IMG/VR virus record: IMGVR_UViG_3300017965_000006
Location: 1 to 40,993 of that record
DNA from: a virus
Taxonomy: Duplodnaviria > Caudoviricetes
Length of the DNA stretch: 40,993 bases
Strand: one strand, 5' to 3'
Shown here: in pieces, positions 34,895 through 40,993 of the stretch
How the letters are laid out: every line of letters begins with the position of its first letter
How positions within the stretch are numbered: position 1 is the stretch's first letter
Program-made: the position numbers and the translations under genes
Notes under the pieces: model-generated
The model's database searches: none
What the model saw: only the letters and a program-made list of their open reading frames with translations
What the model was told of the DNA's origin: nothing

Positions 34895-35326
34895 ATGAAA
34901 TTGTCCGTCATCCTCGCCGTCGCCGCGCTCGCGGCCTGTTCCACCGATCCGGCGCCCAGCGGCACTGGTAGGCTCGCCACCGACGCCAATCCCGCCGGCG
35001 GGCCCGTCAACGCCATGCTTCCGCCGAAGCCCACAACCTTCTGGATTTGGCCGGACATGGCCCATGCGCGGAAGTGGGCCAACGACCACCCGCGCTCGCG
35101 CATCTGCTTCTACAACACCCCGGACGGTCCCGCGACGGCAGGATGTCGCAGCGTTCGCGTCCCCGTCGATAGCGAGGCGATGGCGAAGGAATTGAGCGGC
35201 GACCGCTACCTTGGCCGTGACTTCGACTGCCTCGAATTCATTCCAAAGAAGATGCTCCTTCGGACCTGCCCCGGCGAGTTCCGCGAACTGCGAAGGCCCG
35301 ACAGCGCCACCATCACGATGCGCTGA
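34895..35326 (+). CDS. Lipoprotein
   Basis: MKLSVILAVAALAAC lipobox; four further Cys. Confidence 0.8.
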   Translation: MKLSVILAVAALAACSTDPAPSGTGRLATDANPAGGPVNAMLPPKPTTFWIWPDMAHARKWANDHPRSRICFYNTPDGPATAGCRSVRVPVDSEAMAKELSGDRYLGRDFDCLEFIPKKMLLRTCPGEFRELRRPDSATITMR

Positions 35327-35417
35327 TCCTGCTCCGATCCGAGGGGTGGGAAGTCCGAGCATCATGCTCGCACCTTGCGCCCCTCCAATCGGGACAGACC
35401 CGCAGAAGGAGAGAGCT
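35327..35417 (+). repeat. Intergenic hairpin element E5
   Basis: GAGGGGTG (35341-48)/CGCCCCTC (35378-85); flanks ATCC/CAAT; apical CGAGCAT-C-ATGCTCG; then CGGG-N5-CCCG and AAGGAG. Confidence 0.75.
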
Positions 35418-35639
35418 ATGCAAGACAAAGCGCCTACGGCTGCGCCACGCCGCACCGTTTGGGACGTCGTGAAGACGTGCCTGCTTCCCGATTTCCGCTT
35501 CCAGCGCGACTTCATGGTGGAGAGCAGCGATCTTGTCGACATCGCCCGCTGCTGGTTTTGGGAAGTCGAGTGGCTGGGCTTCCATTTCCAGATGGCTGGC
35601 GGTCGCTTCCAGCCCGGTCAAGAAAGGACCGGCGCATGA
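35418..35639 (+). CDS. Small aromatic-rich hypothetical protein
   Basis: AAGGAG RBS; 73 aa; coupled to the next gene by ATGA. Confidence 0.7.
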   Translation: MQDKAPTAAPRRTVWDVVKTCLLPDFRFQRDFMVESSDLVDIARCWFWEVEWLGFHFQMAGGRFQPGQERTGA

Positions 35640-35818
35640 AAGCCGCCCTCGCCATAGCCGACCTCCCGAAGGAGTCGGCCAACCTCTACAGCGCCAGCCT
35701 CAACGGCGATTGGCTGGGGATCGGCACCGCCGACGAACTCCGCTCCTACATTGCCGAGGGGACCATGCCCCCAGCCGACGAATTGCGGTTCCGCCTCGAA
35801 TGGGAGGCTCCGCGATGA
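35636..35818 (+). CDS. Small hypothetical protein (60 aa)
   Basis: ATGA overlaps at both ends; AAAGGA RBS. Confidence 0.65.
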   Translation: MKAALAIADLPKESANLYSASLNGDWLGIGTADELRSYIAEGTMPPADELRFRLEWEAPR

Positions 35819-37137
35819 GCAGACGGAGCAACCATCCAGCGCAGCTCGACTGGCTGACTTTGGCGGAAGCGCCTTTGCTTCCATTCACTGCTTCAAAGAG
35901 CCCCGCACAGACCCCCGAAGCGGCCCCGCTTTTGATGCCGAGGCGAGGCCCCGACTTCCGGGAAATTGTAGCACAGGAGACTGCAAAACGCTTGTACGAA
36001 ATCGCTCTGGCGGGCGATCATTCGGCATGTTTCATGGGCTGCCCGGCCGCGCTCGAAGACGTCCGTCCGCTCCACGAAGCGGCTGTTGCGCTGGCGGCCG
36101 AGTTGAAGATTCCGGAGCCTGTCGCGGCGATCGGCGGCGGGCGGAAGGCAAGGCTGAGCGCCCCCCTGTTCCTCGAAATCCTGCCAACCCGGGATGAGGA
36201 CCGGGCGAACCCGCATCCGGGCGAGGACAGCGCGACTGTGGGCGAGCGGATCGTCCGTGCCCGGCTTGCCCGTGTCGCGCTCGATGCCGCTTGGGTGAAG
36301 GCTCTAGGCGACGGCTCCGAGTTCGTGGAGCCGAACGCCAAGCGCCTGATGGCACAGGCTATCGAGGCGATGGAGCTCGACCGGGACGCACAAGGCCGGG
36401 TAGTCCAAGTCACCCTCACAATCGCCGCGCTGGCTGGCGCCTCTACCCTGCATAGGGTGCATGTGGCCGAGGCGCTGAGTTATTGCCGGTCGCCAAGGCA
36501 AGAGCAGCCGCTCGAGCCGGACCCCCAGCCCGAACCCGACCCGGAGCCTGAGCCCGAACCGCTTCCCGATCCGGTTCAGGCGCTGGCTGAGCAAGAACCA
36601 GCTGTCGATTGGCCCGAGGGGGCCGTGCGGGCGAGCGACCCCATCCACGCGGGCGATGATCGGCCCTACTGGAAGACTAGCGCCTATCGATTCAGCGGTG
36701 AGATCCTTGCCTGGAAAGACGGATGCCGCCCCATCGAGTTGGTCATTCGAGGGGTCCGCACCGTCGTTTCCTTCGGCATGGGCTTTGCGACCCATGCGAT
36801 AGACCCTCCCGGTTCGCCCTACTGGAGCGACACCGGCTTTCGCAGCTTCACCTGCTGCACAACGACCGACCCCGAGGAAGTCCGGGCCATCATCGAAGCC
36901 TACATCGATGCGCCCGCCAAGGACGGCAACGGTTGCGGGGGTGTGCTGAGCCCATGGTGGACGATGGCTGTTCGTCAGCTTCGCCAGCACCGGGGGTTCA
37001 TATCTCAGCACCACGAATATGCCGAACGCTCAGCCGAGCAGGGCATGAAGTGGGAGGCGCAAGTTCGGGATGAGGGCTTCGACCCCGACGTCGTGGCCCC
37101 ATGGCCCGCCAAGGCGCGCCAGAAGGCGCTTCTCTGA
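35815..37137 (+). CDS. Degenerate ComM/YifB (Mg-chelatase-like AAA+) fragment fused to an SDTGFRSF domain
   Basis: DFREIVAQETAKRLYEIALAGDH, GEDSATVGERIVRAR and TIAALAG...HVAEALSY echo ComM/YifB; Walker A is lost; PEPEP linker; GGAGG RBS. Confidence 0.75.
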   Translation: MSRRSNHPAQLDWLTLAEAPLLPFTASKSPAQTPEAAPLLMPRRGPDFREIVAQETAKRLYEIALAGDHSACFMGCPAALEDVRPLHEAAVALAAELKIPEPVAAIGGGRKARLSAPLFLEILPTRDEDRANPHPGEDSATVGERIVRARLARVALDAAWVKALGDGSEFVEPNAKRLMAQAIEAMELDRDAQGRVVQVTLTIAALAGASTLHRVHVAEALSYCRSPRQEQPLEPDPQPEPDPEPEPEPLPDPVQALAEQEPAVDWPEGAVRASDPIHAGDDRPYWKTSAYRFSGEILAWKDGCRPIELVIRGVRTVVSFGMGFATHAIDPPGSPYWSDTGFRSFTCCTTTDPEEVRAIIEAYIDAPAKDGNGCGGVLSPWWTMAVRQLRQHRGFISQHHEYAERSAEQGMKWEAQVRDEGFDPDVVAPWPAKARQKALL

Positions 37138-37164
37138 GCAACCAAGCGGGAGGGAGAAAGGTAT

Positions 37165-37440
37165 ATGCAAAATGACCATGTTCCTCTGGCTGGCGCTTCT
37201 CGGAGGCCTGACCCTGGTAGGGATGATCTACGCTCGGATGAGAGGGTGAAGCACGTGCCCGAGCGCTGCGGATGTGCTGAATGTCGCAAGCTGGATCGTC
37301 GTTGGCCCGCCGACGGCTATCAGCTCAGGCTCATCGACGGCGGTGCGCAGAATGTCCCGACTGATGCGGAGGCCGCCCGAAGCCTCTTCGACCTCGCGGG
37401 CATGCCGGTCATCCCGAGGCGAAGGGCTCGTTTCGACTAG
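37165..37440 (+). CDS. Hypothetical protein with CGCAEC motif
   Basis: GGAG RBS; last gene before the terminator. Confidence 0.55.
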   Translation: MQNDHVPLAGASRRPDPGRDDLRSDERVKHVPERCGCAECRKLDRRWPADGYQLRLIDGGAQNVPTDAEAARSLFDLAGMPVIPRRRARFD

Positions 37441-37468
37441 CGGCTGCTCGGCTTGCGGTCGCGCCACC

Positions 37469-37502
37469 GGCCCGCGTTCCGGATTCGGGGCGCGGGCCTT
37501 TT
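37469..37502 (+). terminator. Intrinsic terminator ending the + strand cluster
   Basis: GGCCCGCG...CGCGGGCC stem followed by TTTT. Confidence 0.7.
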
Positions 37503-37765
37503 CACAGCCTCGCCCCCATGCCCTGCAGAGCACTCATCCCAAGGGCTATCAGTGCAAGCAGCACGGCGAAGGTCAGCGCCGGCCACAGGTAGCTCCGAGC
37601 ATCGTCACGCATCCTTTTTGGAATCCGGATAGCCATGGCGATGGCCGGCACGGCGGCGATGATCGCTGACGGCAGGGAGGCGACATAGGAGCCGAAGGGC
37701 AGGACCGCCCAGGCCAAGCACGATCCTGAAACAAGCAGCGCGACGATGAACACGACCAGCGGCAT
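37502..37765 (-). CDS. Small 3-TM membrane protein
   Basis: Three hydrophobic stretches in 87 aa; GAGGGG RBS. Confidence 0.7.
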   Translation of the reverse strand: MPLVVFIVALLVSGSCLAWAVLPFGSYVASLPSAIIAAVPAIAMAIRIPKRMRDDARSYLWPALTFAVLLALIALGMSALQGMGARL

Positions 37766-37819
37766 GGGACACCCCTCGCCGCGGCCATAGCATCACGTCG
37801 GCGCCCTGGCCTAGATGGG

Positions 37820-38206
37820 CTATTCGGATTTCGGTTGAGCTGGTCGGTAGAGCCAGGTCTGAATGGTCTGCGTCCGCCCCGGATATCGGCCATGTGGATA
37901 TTCGATTGGCACCTTCTCGCGGGTCACAAGATCCTTGTCGACCAAGCGCGAAAGCGGAGTCGTGAGGGTGGCCTTGGGGCGGCCCAAGGCATCGGCAATC
38001 TCGCTGATGATTAGCGGACGCCCAGCCTTCTCGATTACGTCCAGCACGGCCCGCTCTCGATGTGGCTCCGGGATGTGGCCAGCCAGCCGAGCGACACGGC
38101 TGTCCCTCTCGACCTCTTGTCGCAGCGCCTCGACCGGCACGTTCGCCCATATCTGGTCGTCAGCGCAGCCGGTCAGGACGTCGGGGTCATCGTCGTCGGT
38201 CATCAA
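37820..38206 (-). CDS. Winged-helix DNA-binding protein
   Basis: AVLDVIEKAGRPLIISEIADALGRPKATLTTPLSRLVDKDLV wHTH pattern. Confidence 0.75.
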   Translation of the reverse strand: MMTDDDDPDVLTGCADDQIWANVPVEALRQEVERDSRVARLAGHIPEPHRERAVLDVIEKAGRPLIISEIADALGRPKATLTTPLSRLVDKDLVTREKVPIEYPHGRYPGRTQTIQTWLYRPAQPKSE

Positions 38207-38208
38207 TC

Positions 38209-38373
38209 CTAGTCTCCAGAAAGTCGCGCCCGGAAGGCGAGCGTGGCCGCAGGGCTCAGATAGCGCGGCGGATTGATCTCGAGCTCAGCAGCCATCCTCT
38301 TCCCCCAGGCAAGCAGGGCCTCCTTCGCCTGCCGACGACGGAGCCGGTTGCGGCAGGTGCGCCACCGTCTCAT
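38209..38373 (-). CDS. Small basic hypothetical protein
   Basis: ATGA overlap with the upstream stop; 54 aa. Confidence 0.45.
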   Translation of the reverse strand: MRRWRTCRNRLRRRQAKEALLAWGKRMAAELEINPPRYLSPAATLAFRARLSGD

Positions 38374-38666
38374 CGGATCCACCGGCTGTCGTAGTTCGTG
38401 ATGTCCAGCCTGACCCGCTTCCAGTTGCGGCATATCAGGACCCTGGTCCGCACCCCGCCCATCTCGGTCCAACCCCATGCCGTCTCCCCGAGCGACCAGC
38501 CGCAGCCCTTCCCCGGCAGAGCCGAAACGTGATGGAGAGGTGGCGATCCGGAGAGGGCGAGGTCGCGGGACAGGATAGCGCCCCAATGGTCGGCTCGCTT
38601 CTCGGCGAGGGCGATGTAACCGCTGACCATGCCGGCCAGTGCGGCGAGGGCGAGGTTCCGAATCAT
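38370..38666 (-). CDS. Hypothetical protein with N-terminal hydrophobic anchor
   Basis: ATGA overlap; GGAGG RBS; Trp-rich. Confidence 0.6.
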   Translation of the reverse strand: MIRNLALAALAGMVSGYIALAEKRADHWGAILSRDLALSGSPPLHHVSALPGKGCGWSLGETAWGWTEMGGVRTRVLICRNWKRVRLDITNYDSRWIR

Positions 38667-38962
38667 TGCCCGCCTCCCGCCCGCCTCAGCGCGAAGAAGG
38701 CATCGAGGCCCGCTGCCGTCTCCTTGTTGCCCTCCCGGACGAACATCGCGCCGAGGCCGATCAGCACGGCGTAGTCCTCGTGTTCAAGCAAGGGCGCGAT
38801 GCGGGTGAGAACGTCGGCAAAGTTCTGTGCTGCTGCGACTGCCCAAACCGGCTCGTCTGGAAGCATCTTCTCCACTTGCTGCATTCGGCTGATGTGAAGA
38901 ACCCAGTCGGGGTTCTCGTCCCAGTTGGGACCGTCGTCGTCGGTGATGCCGCTGATGTCCAT
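38663..38962 (-). CDS. Hypothetical protein
   Basis: GGAGG RBS; abuts the upstream stop. Confidence 0.7.
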   Translation of the reverse strand: MDISGITDDDGPNWDENPDWVLHISRMQQVEKMLPDEPVWAVAAAQNFADVLTRIAPLLEHEDYAVLIGLGAMFVREGNKETAAGLDAFFALRRAGGGQ

Positions 38963-39418
38963 TTATGCTGCCTCCGGAGGTTCGGGTTCATCTTCCAGCG
39001 CAAGCGATCGGCGGAGCTGCTCCCTCAAGCGCTGGCCCTCGCGAGCGAGTTCAGCCCGACGGCCCGGAAGATAGGCGGGCGGCAGCTGCTTCTTGGGCCT
39101 TAACGGAACGACCTTGCCGCTCATGCCCATCCACTCCCCGATCCCGGTCCAGACGTGATTGGCGCCGCGCACGCCCTCATAGCCGTAGCGCTCCACCGCT
39201 TCGTCGTAGACCTGGGACATGATGTTGCCCTGGTCATGCGAGGCAAGCCGCCGGCCGAGCTCCCGGAGCGCTTCATAGGCCTGCATGTTCTCGTCGGACG
39301 GCTCGGCAAGCTCGCTCATCGAGTAGAGCCCTGCCGGATTTCGGGGGCGAGTGTTCCAATAAGCCATGGCGGCCCTATGAACCTCGTCGGCCAACGCGCC
39401 GATTTCCTCGTTGCTCAC
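38963..39418 (-). CDS. Hypothetical protein
   Basis: GTGA overlap with the primase stop; GAGGAG RBS. Confidence 0.7.
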   Translation of the reverse strand: MSNEEIGALADEVHRAAMAYWNTRPRNPAGLYSMSELAEPSDENMQAYEALRELGRRLASHDQGNIMSQVYDEAVERYGYEGVRGANHVWTGIGEWMGMSGKVVPLRPKKQLPPAYLPGRRAELAREGQRLREQLRRSLALEDEPEPPEAA

Positions 39419-40344
39419 GCGGCTATCTCCTCGGGCTGATCGTCGGCCCAATCGGTGCCGACGCGGGTAGGAATGTGGACCCGGATTTGCGGGGGTCCGT
39501 TGCGCATCACCGCGTTCATGTGGGCGCAGTGGTATGCCGCTGCCTGCCCGCCGAACTTCGGATCGTTGTCGCCGAAGACGTGCAGCTCCACGACGTCGGC
39601 AGGCGCTCGGAATTTGCCCAGCAGCGTGGAGTTCGTCGCCGCCCAGCAAGGTAAGCCGAACCGCCGCGTCACGGCGAGGGCGGTTTCGAGTCCTTCGGCT
39701 ATGCCCAAGCGACCGAGGTGCGACCCCAGACGGACGGCCGATCCGTCCGGAATAGTGCCCGCCATCACCTTCCGCGGGGTTTCCATGCGAGCCTTGGCCG
39801 CTCCCTCAAGATAGGTGCGGTGGATGTTGACAGGCTTCCCGGAGCGATCGGTGATCCTCGCCAGCATGGCAGCGAGGCGCGTTTCGGTTGGATGCCCGAC
39901 GACATCCGCCGAAGCGCAGAACCGGAGTTCGGCAGGGTAGGGGCCCGGGAAGCCTCTGCTGAGCAGATAGGCGGCGGCTTCGTCATCCCCAATCGGTGCC
40001 GAGGCGCGCCATAGGTCGTTCATGGCCCGCCGCGCCGCTGCAGGATCCATTTGCCTGGGAGGGGCGCTGGCGACTGCTTCACCGAGGCGCTCCCGGATTT
40101 GCTGGGCGGCTTGCGCGAAGCTCAGGTTGGAGTGAAGCAGCAAAAGCTTCATCCCGTCGCCGGCACCGCATTGATTGCAGATCCACGTCCCCCGGCCGTC
40201 CTTATTGTCGAAGCGGAACCGGTCTTTACCCCCACCGCAGATCGGACAGGCGCAGTGCCGCCCGCTAAGGCAGGCTTCGGGAATTCCGAACATCGGCAGG
40301 ATCGAGCGCCACTTGTTGCGAGCCTGTTCGGCGATTTCAGCCAT
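39415..40344 (-). CDS. DNA primase (P4-alpha-type zinc finger plus TOPRIM)
   Basis: HCACPICGGGKDRFRFD...WICNQCG zinc domain; GIAEGLETAL and FGDND TOPRIM motifs. Confidence 0.9.
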   Translation of the reverse strand: MAEIAEQARNKWRSILPMFGIPEACLSGRHCACPICGGGKDRFRFDNKDGRGTWICNQCGAGDGMKLLLLHSNLSFAQAAQQIRERLGEAVASAPPRQMDPAAARRAMNDLWRASAPIGDDEAAAYLLSRGFPGPYPAELRFCASADVVGHPTETRLAAMLARITDRSGKPVNIHRTYLEGAAKARMETPRKVMAGTIPDGSAVRLGSHLGRLGIAEGLETALAVTRRFGLPCWAATNSTLLGKFRAPADVVELHVFGDNDPKFGGQAAAYHCAHMNAVMRNGPPQIRVHIPTRVGTDWADDQPEEIAA

Positions 40345-40993
40345 GGGCACTCTTCCCCTTGGCGTGGCGGATCATCTGACCGGTGACGTAGTTGCTGACC
40401 TCCTGCGTCACTTGGGCTCTAGCCTGTCGGTCCAAGCCCTCGGGCCAGTGGCCGAACTTCCGCTTGAAGATTTGCGCTGGCCAGCCGGGTGCGTAGGTCC
40501 GCGTCCCGGCGATCGTGTTGAGCTGTGCCAGCCAGCTTTGCTGTTGCTCGCGGGTCGGCGCCGCCTTGCCCTTGCCCTTGCCTTTGGTGATCTGGACGAG
40601 CTCGCCCTCAGCTTCCTCGAGCTTCGACGTCCTCTCGGGCTTGAAGCCGCAAGCCGGACACTCCTGAACCTTGGCCGGCTTGAGGAAGGAGCACTTAGGG
40701 CATTCCTTCGGCGTAGCTGGCTTCGGCGCCGGGGCCTGCTTCTCACCCTTCTTCGCGGTGCATAGGGTCGGGTGGCTGATGTCGGTGACGAAGCCGAGCC
40801 GCTGGGTCGTGTCGCTGTGGTCGAGGATGATGCAGTCCGGGATGCCCTCGTTGACGCGAAGCCCGCGGCCGATCATCTGGACATAGAGGATTTCGCTCTT
40901 GGTCGGACGCGCCAGGATGATGCAGCGGACGTCCCAATCGACCCCCGTGGTCAGCACCCCGACGTTGCACACCACATCGAGGCGGCGGGCCTG
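40337..40993 (-). CDS. Superfamily II helicase (RadD/YejH-like), C-terminal part
   Basis: NVGVLTTGVD (motif V), QMIGRGLR (motif VI), CPKC...CPAC zinc finger; runs off the window. Confidence 0.9.
   Translation of the reverse strand, partial: QARRLDVVCNVGVLTTGVDWDVRCIILARPTKSEILYVQMIGRGLRVNEGIPDCIILDHSDTTQRLGFVTDISHPTLCTAKKGEKQAPAPKPATPKECPKCSFLKPAKVQECPACGFKPERTSKLEEAEGELVQITKGKGKGKAAPTREQQQSWLAQLNTIAGTRTYAPGWPAQIFKRKFGHWPEGLDRQARAQVTQEVSNYVTGQMIRHAKGKSAHG

Larger units (their letters stand above)
1..40993. mobile_element. Temperate podovirus-like phage genome segment (probably an excised/attP-containing form)
   Basis: Integrase, repressor, terminase, portal, capsid, tail tube, ejection, holin, primase and helicase genes; no host housekeeping genes on either side of the att core. 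Confidence 0.93.

Noticed and set aside
36510-36572. Short tandem DNA repeat
   Set aside because: Explained by a Pro-Glu/Asp linker in the ComM-like protein.

Overview
The window is about 41 kb of a GC-rich temperate podovirus-type phage, probably of an Alphaproteobacterium (inferred from gene content and the tRNA-Val(GAC) att core). Both window edges cut ORFs. Left to right: (1) a + strand accessory cluster (1-2499); (2) a lysogeny switch of a zinc-knuckle gene and cro-like gene divergent from XRE repressor, xis-like gene and tyrosine integrase; (3) a 3' tRNA-Val fragment that looks like attP; (4) a nucleotidyltransferase moron; (5) a long - strand late operon read from the right: terS, GTA-type head spike pair, two tail fibres/spikes, terL, portal, scaffold, capsid, decoration protein, tail tube A/B, ejection proteins including a 2275-aa polyvalent protein, and holin/lipoprotein genes; (6) a second + strand accessory cluster (34125-37440); (7) - strand primase and helicase. 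The most unusual signals: a family of five covarying intergenic RNA hairpins separating accessory genes, a highly structured candidate ncRNA next to terS, a catalytically dead ComM/YifB-like fusion protein, a retroviral-type double CCHC zinc-knuckle protein, and a genome-wide 10-bp-phased TGYHGAY operator network. No CRISPR array, reverse transcriptase/DGR, rRNA or intact tRNA was found. All protein calls come from motif recognition by eye; no database search was run.
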